DNA from: Chara braunii
Lineage: Eukaryota > Plantae > Charophyceae
Direction: 5' to 3'
Length of the DNA: 64,000 nucleotides
NCBI GenBank assembly: GCA_003427395.1
Contig: BFEA01000034.1
Coordinates: 3,224,194 to 3,288,193, forward strand
The translations under genes were made by a program, and so were the position numbers. This document shows, in pieces, positions 25,615 through 38,659 of the stretch. Under the pieces are notes generated by a model. It saw only the letters and a program-made list of their open reading frames with translations. It did not search any database and was not told the origin of the DNA. The number at the start of each line of letters is the position of its first letter. The stretch's first letter is position 1.

Positions 25615-28511
25615 GTGGGTGAGTATTGGAGATTGTGTCGAGCCTTGATGGAAGTGCGTAAAGTATCGTCTTACGATGTGACGGTTCATACTCTGTATAG
25701 ACTGGTAGTTATGCTACTGACTTTGCAGGGGCAGATTCGGTGGCTTCGTAAGTGTGAAGACTCGTGGCTGAGTATGTACCGGCGGATGGGTATTAAAGCG
25801 TTTAGTGGGGGCACTGGTGGCGTTTACATTCTGTCTTCACCAACGTGTAAAGCACAGTATATTGGACAAAATAAACGAAGCTACGATATCCGATGGAGGG
25901 AGCATATTTCAGTTTGCGAACGCGACCTGAAACAGACCCACCTGTACAGGTGGTGGTAAGTTTTTGGATCCGAATTGTACATAATTTTGCCAATAGAGGT
26001 AGGAGCGGCTATTGATATGCCTAGTTTGGAACTACTGTACATTCAGAGATGGTCTCCCGTACTTAATACCACGGGGAAACTCGTTAAAGGGCGATGTAGA
26101 AAGAAAGCTAGGCGAGGCAAGAAAGAGCGTGCCAAGTTGGAGGTTGAGACGAGGACTTGGACGCCGAGGCATTTGGAGAAGTTTGAAGCGGTGTTACCAG
26201 TCAAAATCAAGTTACTTGACGAAGTGGAATGGAGCGTTGATTTTTACCAGTTATTGCTCGCGCAAGATCAAGCGGAAACTCCGTTTTTCTCCTTTTCGGT
26301 CGAAGGTGGAAATGGATGGTGTGGAGGTTGGAAATCTATCAAACAAGCTTTTGGTAAGTTTATTGTACGTTCGGGGGGGCGGCGCAAGCATCTGTGGTGT
26401 TGTAAAGCAGAGTTTGAAGGAGGTGGAGTTTTCGAGATGGTGATGCTCGTGAAATGGAAACCAAAGGCTAGCTCCGATAAACGATTCTTGAGATCGTTGT
26501 TCCGTAACCCACGTCATTTGGACATTCTGAAGAAATGTGGTTTGGAGGTTCTCATTCGTTTGATCAAGGCAGCGGGAGATTTTCAGAAAGCTTCTTCGAC
26601 TGCCTACCTTCATCGTTTTGTGACTCGAGCAATCTAGGAAGTGTATGGCTGGAGTATGAATGCAAAACTGGTTGTGCATTTGAGATTTGATGACCGGATT
26701 AGACCAGTGGAGGTTCAGAAACTGGTTAACGACAAGATCGAGGAGCTGGATATCCCGGCCTGCTTGAAGGATGCTGCACGTGGTATGATCCGGATCGTGT
26801 GGGTAAGAAACCCATCGGTCGCCGAGATGATACATAATCAGCGGCTTTTTGCTAAAGCCGATGTATCCACCTGTGTATGTACAGGCCTTCCCTACCTACG
26901 GGTAGGTGACCACGTGCAGTTCCGGATGCAAGATTTGGGAGGTATTAATCCTATGATCTGCCATGCAATGAACATTCCTAAGCTCGGCATTCCGAACAGG
27001 GAGAAGTTGTTGGGACAAGAGATCGCAGCTGGTCTTGCTAATTGGAGTAATTGGACAGGACCTGACATAGCCTGTCGAGGGTCAGAGTTATCAAGGTGCA
27101 TGAGTGGGAGCACGGGCAAAGGGGAGAAATTTCTAGACCCCAATGAAGTGGACAACGTGAAGTCGCTGCTGAAGGGTCTGGTGTTGACCCCGGTCGATCG
27201 CAATCCGGGGGAGACTTTGGTCATGTGTCCGGCGATATACTTTGAAGCAATGATGGGGATGTTCGTCACGTCGGCAGGATAGACCATCATGGAGGAATCT
27301 GAGGACGCGGTGCACCTTAGGATGAGAGCCAACGAGAAACAGTTGGGGCTGTAGAAATTTGTCCGATGGGACACGAAAGGCAAGATGGGTGAAGCATACA
27401 TTATGCCTAAGCATAAGGATCTGGCACGTTTCAGGCCAATTTGTCCAACCTTTTCCGAACCTACGGTTCGAACATGTCGGGCAGTGGCGAAAGCGCTCAA
27501 CCACTTGTTGGGCACGATGCCAATTGATGGTAATTTTAACCTGAAATCAGTGGTCGATCTGGTGCCGAGGTTGGAATCGTGCAACAGGAGGATTGCACAG
27601 AGGAGTAAGGATGATTTTGATCTGGTATCCATGTCTTATGACATAAAGGACATGTTTACCAAGCTGCTGCATAAGGATATCGTGAAGGCGGTAGACTGGG
27701 TTATCGACTACCATGAGAAGAAAGGAAGAAGGGCGGCTAGGGTGAATATCAGGGGAAAAGGTTGTACGTTTGGACAAACAGTGGGAGAAGAGTTATGGAG
27801 GAAGATGGAACTGGTGGAGATTCGGAAGTTCGTTCGATGGGAGTTGGAGCATACGTACACGGAGGCGACTGGGGTGTTATTGCGGCAGGTGGAAGGGATA
27901 CCAATGGGCAAGTGTACTAGCCCGCCTTTAGCGTGTACGTTGTGTGCGTTCACTGAATTCGAATTTCTGAATAACTTGGGGGGTTGGCGTCGTTTCGTTT
28001 TTGGTTTTCGGCTAATGGATGACGTCAGTTTGGTCATTATGAAAGGAGGAAGGAAGCCAGCACCGGTGGAACTGATTCAGACTCGTTTTGAAGGATGCTA
28101 CCCAAGGGAGCTGACCCTGAAAAGAACGGACCAGGGGGAGGGTTCATGGGACTTTTGGGCACAAAAATGAGTGTCGACAGCCTGAACCCTTACCTTCGTT
28201 GCGTGCAATCGGCAAAGAACGAAGTCTCCATGTGGGAAGATGATCGTTTGGAATACAAGAATGGGTAGACCTACTACTCATGGGGAAGTAAGGCCCAAAA
28301 AAGTGTCGCGATTGGTAGCTGTTTGAATCGTATTCGGATAAATACGAATGTGGAATCAGCGATCCCGTTGAGAGTTTTGAGTCTGCAACGAGAATTAAGG
28401 CTGAAAGATTTCCCAAGCCCTGTTCTCAATCGGGTCTTGAAGAGATTCACCAAGGGCAGAGACCCGATTTGGGCATGGACTCATGATTGGTTGTTCATGG
28501 AGGATATGTAG
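25615..28511 (+). pseudogene. PLE3 ORF2: GIY-YIG, CxC, RT (stops and frameshifts)
   Basis: GVYILSSPTCKAQYIGQNKRSYDIRWREH; ELLYIQRWSPVLN; CVCTGLP..DHV; DRNPG; PKHKDLARFRPI; YDIKDMF; GIPMG; RLMDD. Confidence 0.92.
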
Positions 28512-28585
28512 GATCTTGCGCTTACCCGATTTGGGCATGGACTCATGATTGGTTGTTCATGGAGGATATGTAGGATCTTGCGCTT
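28462..28585 (+). repeat. 62-bp perfect tandem duplication spanning the PLE3 ORF2 stop
   Basis: acccgatttgggcatgg...ggatcttgcgctt twice. Confidence 0.9.
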
Positions 28586-29241
28586 GGCTTTGTACTTTGT
28601 TTTCTGTTTTTCTTTGTTTTCCTTTTGTTTTCCTTTCGTTCTTCGAACTCTTTCATTGTGACGGAGCTAGAGTTTGTTGGAATACATTAGAATGTTGTAT
28701 GGATAGGCGGTCATTTGGATATTGTTTGACAGTCTGCTCTTCGGTGTGTTTTCTTTTCTTTTCTTTAGTTTGTCTAACGACCGGTCATAGGTATAGTGCG
28801 ACCTTGTCTGTTTCTTTATACAGGGACAGGGCGACTTTTTCGATTTTCTCCGTTTGTTGAGTTCAGCCCGGAAGTGGCCCTTCGGGTTTTCGGTTTTCAT
28901 TTTTTTCCGTCTGGGCGACAGGCCCTTCGGATTTTTCGTTTTTTGTTTGACAGGTGGTCCTGCGACCTTTTGGGTCTACAAGCATAGTACTGTGTTTTGT
29001 CAGTACCAGAGTTTTGTCGTAGTGAGTCAAGCTTTGACGGTTGCAGTCCAACGCAGACGTCGAGTTTTGTACTCTGGGTTTTGTCGATGCCAGAACAATC
29101 GGTTTAGGATAAAAGTAATTACTACGAAGCCTATGGTCCTTTTTGGGTCCGACGTGTTGGTAATTGCCGCCATGCAGCGGTCGTTACCTACGGAGGTGGG
29201 TTGGAGGAGAACGATGAAGGAGGCTAGGGAGATGTTTGGAT

Positions 29242-29295
29242 GGTATCCCCCCTGAAGATGACAGTGTGACGACTGTCGAAACCGGTCGGGGTGCC
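29242..29295 (+). ncRNA. Minimal type I hammerhead ribozyme (PLE3 3' pLTR)
   Basis: ggtatccccc CTGAAGA t gacag-tgtgacga-ctgtc GAAA ccgg TC ggggtgcc; stem I pairs ggtatccc/ggggtgcc. Confidence 0.92.
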
Positions 29296-29712
29296 TACCC
29301 ACCGGGGCTGTAATGAATTACTTGTATAATTAGTTATTTCATACATTTTTCGTATGGTGTGACTACTTGTACGTGTCTTGCGATCGACTTTCGTTTTACG
29401 ATTAATCGTCGTTTTTCACTCTTTTCCAAACTTCCAAACTTTATATTATCTGAAATACACATCTGTGAATTTTTATGGCATTTGGCTATCCCAAGAAAAA
29501 AATAAAAAATCGCCTAAGATGGTGGTGTTGAAAACATGCTCGCTCACTCACTAATTTCAATTCTCTTTTAATTTTTCTTTTTTTTCTTGGTATTTTTTTT
29601 TTTCGTATTTTGTTTTTATTTTAAATTTGTTAAGGAATTCGGATGTAACATTGAGGCAAATGTTGTTTGTTTTATTTTTTTGCATAACATATAGTTTTTT
29701 CATATTTGTAAT

Positions 29713-30499
29713 CAGGGTTACCGGCGTTCGGGACGGGCCGAACGCCCGAACGTACGGGACCCCTTCAGAAGGCGTTCGGTCGTTCAAGGCGAACGCGGAC
29801 CAAAAAAAANNNNNNNNNNNNNNNNNNNNNNNNNNNNNNNNNNNNNNNNNNNNNNNNNNNNNNNNNNNNNNNNNNNNNNNNNNNNNNNNNNNNNNNNNNN
29901 NNNNNNNNNNNNNNNNNNNNNNNNNNNNNNNNNNATTCTTTACCAAATTTGAATTAAAAATCAAATACAGAAAATAAACACTATGATAAAAATAAGAAAA
30001 AATAAAAAGAGAATTAAAATGAGTGAGTGTGCCAGCACCTTTTTGACACTGCCATATTTGCCGATTTTTAATTATTTTTTGGAATTGAAAAATTCCCTGT
30101 AAGTTTACAGATATGTAGTTTACATAATCAATAACTCGTTAAAAAATTTTCAAAAAGTAATAATGTTTCTTAGGCCCCGAAATAAAATGAAACCAAAAAG
30201 TTTAAAGTGAAAAAAAAAACAAAATAGTGAGTGGGCAAGCACGTTTCGACACCCCCATCTTTGATGATTTTTAGTATTTATTTGGCTTAGCAGAATAGCT
30301 TCAAAATTTATATGCGTGTAGATTACATTATAGAGAACTCACAAAAACAAATTCAGAGGAAAAAACATATTCTTAGGCCCCGAAATGTTTTTTGACGGGG
30401 GCCGAACCTGGAGGTGTTCGGCCCCCGAACGGGACCCCGAACGCCCGAACGTTCGGGCGCCAGCCCGGGGGCCCCCGAACGTTCGGTCAGGCAACCCTG
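29713..30499. mobile_element. hAT-like MITE, CAGGGTT family
   Basis: cagggtt...aaccctg termini; 8-bp TSD 6/8 (tttgtaat/tctgtaag). Confidence 0.6.
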
Positions 30500-31403
30500 T
30501 CTGTAAGTATTTTTTGAGTTTTTTTTTTTTAATGTTCTCGTTCGGCCTGAACGGTCGAAAGCATCCCCAAGGGGGGCCGAACGTTTGCCAAGCTTGGGTT
30601 CGGGAGTTCGGCCGAACGCATCCCCAAGGGGGGCCGAGTGTTTGCTGACACTTAGACGGGAATTGCGACTGAAACGTTTCCCAGGGTGGATGTTCCTGAA
30701 GGCCCTGGAGGATTTCTCAGTATGCAACGAAGGTGGATGGGACAAGTGGGTCCGATTTTTTTCAGAAGGTCTGAGAAGAAAACGATATAGACTGAGTTGA
30801 TCTCTGTCTACCTGGTAGAGAGCTCACCCGCGGGATATCTGATTCCTGCATGATATCGGACGCCACTTTTTGTCGAACTTAGGCGATATCTGCTGAGGCA
30901 GTAAGTAGCGACAACGCCAGGATTGCTGGCAATCACGACAAACGGGTGAAACGGCGAGCGGAGAAGAACTACATGCCACCTTCGCTGTATTTCTCACTCA
31001 CGCATCCTCTCCAGACTATCTTCCGCTGTTCAAGTATATAAGCTACATACTCTTCTTCCCAAGCCTTTTCTCCTCTGACAGTATCTTTCCACGATATCTT
31101 ACCCTCCTCCTCTTCTCAAACCAACTCCTCTCATACTTCCCTCGCCTTCCACTTCCGAGTCATCCTTTCGCCTCTATCTTATAAATCAGCATCAGCCTCT
31201 GCTTTTCCCGCTTTCTTTGAAAATGAATTCCTCCCCAAATCACGTCTACCTCCCTGCTCAGTTTTGTCTCATTAAAAATTTTCGTGATGTCACGCGCGCT
31301 CGCAAGGTAATCGTTTTCTCAAGCATTGGTTCGGAAGGACGAGTAAATGAGGACACTAATAGTATTTATATCAGTAGCTGGAACCACTTCTCAAGCGCAG
31401 TTA

Positions 31404-31449
31404 CACCTGATGATGGCCATTCCGGCGAGGTGGCCGAAACTAGTCGGGT
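31404..31449 (+). ncRNA. Minimal type I hammerhead ribozyme (PLE4 5' pLTR)
   Basis: c CTGATGA t ggcca-ttccggcgagg-tggcc GAAA ctag TC ggg: intact core, palindromic stem III. Confidence 0.88.
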
Positions 31450-32075
31450 TTTTCGCCGACTGTGCTCCTGGATTGTATTTCCACATTTTTCGGTAGCATG
31501 GTTTTCATTCTACTTTTTGCAAGGGTTCTTCCTGCTTTTTCCATGTCCTCTTCCTATCCTTTATTGCTGCCCCTCCATCTTTCATCTTCTTTCATCTTCG
31601 TTCATCTTCTTCCATCTTCTTACTACCTCTACCTCTCCCCCATTTTCTCTCTTTCTTCTCTCTCTCTTTCTCCTTTCTTTCTCTCTCTCCCTTCGAAAAC
31701 GGGTTGTTGTTCTGCGGATCCTCGCATCACGTGTTTGAGCTATGCTCGACTAACGCGTACAAGCACCGTCTTCGTTGTCTTAGCGTAGCGTGTTAACCAC
31801 CGTGTGTATGGAGACGCCGGCTCTTGACTGAGCTCTTCCAAGACGATCGCAGCGACAAAGCTTTCTTCGACGGCTTCTACTCCTATTCTTCTCGACCTCC
31901 CCGCTATTGCCTGCGTCTTTTTAGTTTTTTTATAAAGATTATTTTTCTTATTTGAGGGAACCTTTCTTCCTTTTGAGAGTGTACGGATGCGTGTTCTATA
32001 GACGGGATAGGTGAGAATTAGAAGATCTTGTTATCAAGGTAAATGCGTGCGTTTCACTTTTGCACGTCGTTCAGG

Positions 32076-33767
32076 ATGGCGGATGAGGGTTATGGTGAGC
32101 CGAGCCGCAATTGCTATAATTGCGGGTTGTATGGTCACTTCGCGCGTTGGTGTCCTTACCCGCCTGGTACGCAGGATCGCCTAGGGGCGACGGTCAGGTG
32201 GCTTCGGGCACGGGAGCTAATTCAGTTCCGCTACGGAATGACGGTTTCGTACAAGGACGACCCATCTTTCCACCACCTCAGCCTCCGTATGTGCATGGAC
32301 AGCAGGCGGCAAGCAATCAAGCTGCGGGACAGCCCGCGGCTCAAATCGATGCGCTTCCACCTCCGTTGCTCCAACCTCCGACGGCAGCACAATGCCATTA
32401 TCCCGTATCAGCCTCCGCCGCAAGTTCCGTTTCAACAGCCACGTGACGCTGGGAATATGAACGGCTCACGAGGATGGAACAACAGGCCACGCGAGGTTGT
32501 AAGGGAAGGCGAAGGGCTCATGATTCTCAGAGAGATTTGGAATGAAAGACGGGAGGAGAGGGAAAGGAGACGGGAGGAAGAAGATCGTAGGGCGAGAGAG
32601 GAGCAGGCAAGGCTGCCACGAGAGGAAGAAGAACGACGGTTGGAACAAGAAGAGAAACGAGAGGCAGATCTCGAGGCTAGACTCACGCGGTTACTTCGCG
32701 AACAGATGAAGGAGATGGAGGCGAAAAAGCTAGGTGATTCTGCCGATGTTAGTAAGAAAAAGTGGGATAAGATCGATCAAAACCAACAGGGTAAAGGCAG
32801 CAAAGGGGGCGAGGGCGGCGAGAGTAAGAAAAGGGATCAAGGCTCCATGGCAGGGGGCGTAGATAGCACGCAACAACCAGGCAACGACAGACCAAGAACG
32901 GAGATTGCGACTTATCCATTGGACACCGGGCTCATCCGAATGGACATAGACACGGTCAGAAAGACACAAGAAGCTCAAGCGGTAATGTTCCAGCAGATGC
33001 TCTCCTGTCTTGAAGCTATCTGACAACAAGGAGTTGGTCACATCCCTCTATCCGGTCCCAATGCGCAGACTCAGAGGGTTGCTTCCGTTGCTCTTGTTCT
33101 ACCGCATACAACTCCCCCCGTACCTCCTCCCGCCCCTCCTCCAGCTCACCCTGTACCTCAACCCTCAAACCCGGCTCCTGCTCCGGTTCCTCCACCAAAT
33201 CCTTCAGTTCCTCATCATCCTCCTTCCCCTCCCCCTCCCCCTCCTCCCTCTCCTCCCATGGTCCATGACCCTCCCACTCCAGCTTCCCCTCCAATCGCTC
33301 CGTCTGCACCTAGTCGCTGCATGCCTGCTACTGAGCCTGGACCCTCACGATCAAGGTCTGATCGCAATGATACCCCCACAGGAGGTGGGTTCTTTGCCAG
33401 ACTGGCAGGGATGTTTATGTCCATCGCAGGCAACGGAACTAGGAGACGTTCGAACGGCATTAGTATCAACGAAGGCGGCGCGGCTAATCAAGACTTGGGA
33501 TTTGATCGCATCAATAGAGGAAAGAAAGCTGCGGTTGCTGGACCTGGGAAGGAGGGAAGGAAGAAGTACATCGATGATCTGACTAACGTACTGTTCGCCA
33601 AGACCAAGCATGAATTGGAGGATCTCTGCAAGAAAAAAAGGATCAAGTATGTGAACAAGAAGATCACGTCTGCCGCACTGGCTCGCCTCCGAGCCATCGA
33701 CGCGTATGGTGAGGAATCCGATGAGGAAGAATCCGAGGAGGAGATCCAAGAGGAGAATCCCCCCTGA
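32076..33767 (+). pseudogene. PLE4 ORF1: CCHC knuckle, Pro/Gln-rich, coiled coil, SAP/HeH-like motif, acidic tail (frameshifted)
   Basis: CYNCGLYGHFARWC; ERREERERRREEE; LFAKTKHELEDLCKKKRIKYVNKKITSAALARLR; EESDEEESEEE. Confidence 0.82.
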
Positions 33768-33809
33768 TAATCTATCAATGCCCCCTCTGCATGGCTGCTT
33801 TTAGAAAAA

Positions 33810-36726
33810 GTGAGGAATGAAAGGAAGAAGAATGGCTGGCAGGGGGGTGAAGCACGAGAACGAGATCAGTTGATGAGGTTCTTATTTCTTTTTTTTGTCT
33901 TATCTCAGCAGTTGAGCTGGGCTAGCAAATTTCGTGATGACTGGAAGGCGTTGCTGGAAGATGGGAAACAACTGTGTGAATTTGATGGACCGTGTGTGTA
34001 TGTCCTCATTTTACCTTGGTTCAGAGCAATGTATGTTGGATCGACCACTAGAACTCTAGGAGTGAGATGGGTGGAACATATTAGAAGGTCGCTGCATTCT
34101 GGTGATGGTAGGAACCACCGACTGCGAAAATGGCTCCAACGGAAACACTGGTCAAGTTATATAGCTATTCCTATTGCTTTCCCTCCCGATGAGGAAATTC
34201 GGGAAGTAGAAGAGCATCTCATCTCTAGATGGTCGCCCGTTCTTAATTGTGTCAAGAGGAGGAAAAGACCATGTTACAGGAAAGGACGTCGGGAACGTTT
34301 ATCTTACTTACGAGGGCAAGGGAACTGTAGGCAAGGTGTTTCCTCCGGGAAACTGATTATATGGATGGCTTCTTCCGTGACCATCCCCGTTCCTCGACCT
34401 TGGCTACCTTCTCTGGCTTCTTTCTCTCTCATGAGATTGCTGAATGATACCATCGCAGTTGGAGTGTTGCATGTAGTAATTGCAAGTTTTGGGGGTGAAT
34501 GGTTCCTTGATTCATGGAGTAGATTGCATCGTATTTATGGATGGTCAATTGTGGAATTTAATGGAAAGAAAACCATTCTGAAAATTTTAAAACATGAATT
34601 ATGTGCTGGTGGGGTGTTTTGTTTCTTAAAAATAAAACGTCGAAGCAACCTTTCTAACCTTAGGCGAGATATCCTGGTCACATTGCTTGAGGTGCCCAGC
34701 ACGAGGGAGGGACTATATAAAATCGGACAGAACCATTTAATTAAGTTGTATAACTCGATTGAACTGTTTCACAGGGAACGGTCGAAGTTTATTTTGAAAG
34801 GGGTAGTTGGACGCGCCCTGGCCAAGTCATGTGGTTTTCGATGTTTATCTCTTGTAGTCGTACGCGTTGTGTATGAAAATTGGATACGTTAGAGTAAAGT
34901 ACATGATCTAGCTAAAACGGTTATACGTAAGCGTTGTTCAAACAGTTTTTTGGCCAATTTCATAATCTCCAAATTGAGGATTGTCTATAGTGCCAATAAG
35001 TCCGTCGCTCATAGGCTGCATAATCACAGGAAGATGTCCAGGATGGGCAGGGCTTGCTGCTCCTGCAGCAAAGTTCGTAAGGACTTTCCACGAAACAATG
35101 ATGGACACGTGGCGTTTCATTTTTCTCAGATAGCTTCCCTACCTGCAGCGCTCAAGAATGCTAACAATATTCTGAGACCTAGAGCATCTGTGTCTGTCGG
35201 GAAACTCAAGAGAGCAATGATCGAAGGATTAGCCATCATACCTAGCACTGAAAACTGGATAGGAGATTATGAGTCTCTTCGCACGTGTTTTACTGAACAG
35301 ACACTGGAGGGATCTCCAGAAGTCGATGTTCTGAACTCTTGGGCTGAATCTTTGAAGGACTTAGTGGTGGCACCAATAGATCACAATGCAGGGGATTCCT
35401 TCGTATGCTGCTCTTCCATCTATTACTCGGCACTTGAGAAACTATATTGGGGGAATGATGGGTTTATTATAGACAAGAGATCAAAGGAGGACATTTTGAG
35501 GATATGCAAGACTAGATACTTCGGTATCCAGGCTCAGACTGTGACACCTTGGAACGGTAAAGGAAAACTGGGATGTGCTTATGGCATCCCCAAGCACAAA
35601 GACGTCTGCAGGTGGAGGCCCATTGCCCCCTCCTTCTCTGAGCCCAGCATGAGAGCCTGCAAACTCATTGCTAAGGCAATCAATGGTTTATTATGGACGA
35701 TCCCAAAGCACTGTCATTTCAACCTTAAAAGCACAAACCTGCTAAAGAAACGGTTTAGTCGTTTGAACCAGAAAGTGGAAAAGATGGCGGACAAAATTAT
35801 GTTGTCCTAAAGCCTCCACATAAAAGAAATGTTCACAAAGCTGCCACATGATGAGATCATCAGGGCAATTGAATGGATGTGCGATTATTTTTTGGCGAAG
35901 GGGCACAACGCTGTGCGAATCAACAAAAGAGGCAAAGGTGTCGTTTTGGGGAAAGGGCATGGCGAAAGAGGGTGGGTTACAATTAAATTCAGCTTGCTGG
36001 TAGATTTCGTGAAATTCAATTTAGAACACTCCTTTTCCAAACTTTCATCTTTCATCATCCGACAGCTAAGTCGTAGGGATTCCCATGGGGAAGAGTTCCA
36101 ACCCATTTCTTGCATGTCTCCTCTGTGACCACGAATTCAACTTTCCCAATTCCTTAGGAAAGGATCGTCGTCTAATTACTGGCCTAAGGTTGGTAGATGA
36201 TGTTGCCATCTTTCTCATCCTCCCCAACTCTTCCCAAACGACTCTCGACAAGGCAACAACTGTTTTTTCCCGTTTTCGTCGGATCTACAACCATAATCTC
36301 ACTGTAGTGAGGACCGACCAGCGAGACGGAGTTCTTGACTTCTTGGGTTGTAAAGTTTTGTCCCAGACACATCCGCCTACAGTACGTTGTGACGCCAGGA
36401 CTCGGATGAAGAACCAATGCGATATCTGGGATAAGGGGCATATCACCTTTCAGTCGACGCAGGACTACTGGTCCTACGGGCCAACAATCCAAAAGATTGG
36501 AGTGATAAAGTGTCACTTCAGTAGGATAATGACCCACTCCTCAGATTCTAGAGGAGTGGGTCAGTGTTTGCTGGCACTTATACGGGAATTGCGACTGAAA
36601 CGTTTCCCAGGGTGGATGTTCCTGAAGGCCTTGGAGGATTTCTCCGTATGCAACGGGGGTGGATGGGACAAGTGGGTCCAATTTTTTTCAGAAGGTCTGA
36701 GAAGAAAACGATACAAACTGAGTTGA
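33810..36726 (+). pseudogene. PLE4 ORF2: GIY-YIG, CxC, RT (disrupted)
   Basis: CVYVLILPWFRAMYVGSTTRTLGVRWVEH; EEHLISRWSPVLN; CSC..DGHV; PKHKDVCRWRPI; IKEMF; GIPMG; RLVDD; DFLG. Confidence 0.92.
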
Positions 36727-37380
36727 TCTCTGTCTACCTGGTCGAGAGCTCACCTGCGGAATATCTGATTCCTGCATGATATTGGACGCCACTTTTTGTC
36801 GAACTTAGCCGATATCCGTTGAGGCAGTAAGTAGCGACAACGCCAGGATTGCTGACAATCACGACAAACGGGTGAAACGGCGAGCGGAGAAGAACTACAT
36901 GCCAACTTCGCTGTATTTCTCACTCACGCATCCTCTCCAGACTATCTTCCGCTGTTCAAGTATCTAAGCTAAATACTCTTCTTCCCAAGCCTTTTCTCCT
37001 CTCATAGTATCTTTTCACGATATCTTACCCTCCTCCTTTTCTCAAGCCAGCTCCTTTCATACTTCCCTCGCCTTCCACTTCCGAGTCATCCTCCCGCCTC
37101 TATCTGATAAATCAGCATCAACCTCTGCTCTTCCCGCTTTCTTTGAAAATGAATTCCTCCCCAAATCACCACTCCTGGTTAATGGACCCCAGAAAATTCG
37201 CCGAACTGGATAGCGAAGCTTGTAAACGAAATGTTAGCGAATTCGTGGTTTTTAAACCTCAATTCATGCTTTGTCTTCATGAAGACGAAATCCATGTTTG
37301 CGAATTCGTGGTTTTTTAAATCCGGAATGTCCATTAACGTGATGAACAACTCTCTAAAGCCAACCTAGTGTTCTTCGAAA

Positions 37381-38622
37381 TTGTATCCAGGTGTACGTTC
37401 GGGATTTTCGCTACAGAAATCGCACTTCGGGATTTCGAGATTTTACTTAGTCATTTCTCGAAATTATATTCAGGCGTACGTTCGGGATTTCACTACTGAA
37501 ATCGCACTTCGGGATTTCATGATTTTACTTGGTCATTTCTCGAAGTTATATTCGCACGTGCGTTCGGGATTTCGCTACCAAAATCGCACTTCGGGATTTC
37601 GTGATTTTACTTAGTCGTTTCTCGAAAAATTATATCCGAACGTACGTTCGGGATTTTCGCTACTGTAATCGCACTTCGGGATTTCGCGATTTTACTTAGT
37701 CGTTTCTCGAAATTATGTCCAGGCGTGCGTTCGGGATTTCGCTACCGAAATCGCACTTCGGGATTTCGGGATTTTACTTGGTCATTTCTCAAAGTTATAT
37801 CCGCACGTGCGTTCGGGATTTCTCTACTGAAATCGAACTTCGGGATTTCGGGATTTTACTTAGTCATTTCTCGAAGTTATATCCGCACATGCGTCGGGAT
37901 TTCGCTACCGAAATCACACTTCAGGATTTCATGATTTTACTTAGCCGTTTCTCGAAGTAATATTCGCACATGCGTTCGGGATTTCGCTACCGAAATCGCA
38001 CTTCGGGATTTCGGGATTTTACTTAGTCTTTCTCGAAAAATTATATCCGAACGTACATTCGGGATTTCGCTACCGAAATCACACTTCAGGATTTTGGGAT
38101 TTTACTTAGCTGTTTCTCGAAGTTATATTCGCACGTGCGTTCGGGATTTCGCTACCGAAATCGCACTTCGGGATTTCGGGATTTTACTTCGTTATTTCTC
38201 GAAGTTATATCCGCACGTGCGTTCGGGATTTCGCTACCGAAATCACACTTCGGAATTTCGAGATTTTACTTGATCGTTTCTCGAAATTATATCCGAACAT
38301 ACGTTCGAGATTTCCCTACCGAAATCGCACTTCGGGATTTCGGGATTTCACTTAGCCATTTCTCGAAGTTATATCCGTACATGCGTCGGGATTTCACTAC
38401 GGAAATCACACTTCAGGATTTCGGGATTTTACTTAGCTGTTTCTCGAAGTTATATTCGGACGTGCGTTCCGGATTTCGCTACCGAAATCGCACTTCGGGA
38501 TTTCGGGATTTAACTTAGCCATTTCTCGAAGTTATATTTGCATGTGCGTTCGGGATTTTGCTACCGAAATCGCACTTCAGGATTTCGGGATTTTACTTAG
38601 CCGTTTCTCGAAATTATATCCA
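37381..38622 (+). repeat. ~80-bp tandem satellite, type A
   Basis: Monomer ~ttatatccgcacgtgcgttcgggatttcgctaccgaaatcgcacttcgggatttcgggattttacttagtcatttctcgaag. Confidence 0.95.
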
Positions 38623-38659
38623 ACATCACAATCGTCACCGCTTAGTACAATTGTCACCG

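Larger units (their letters stand above)
23558..29440 (+). mobile_element. Penelope-like element 3 (two ORFs), decayed
   Basis: ~615-bp direct pseudo-LTRs 23558-24174 and 28818-29433; 15-bp TSD ctttatattat(g/c)tga at 23510-23524 and 29439-29453. Confidence 0.92.

Noticed and set aside
6795-36726. Selenocysteine recoding of in-frame stops, as in some Naiads
   Set aside because: Stops are a mix of TAG, TAA and TGA at non-Cys positions and accompany frameshifts, consistent with decay
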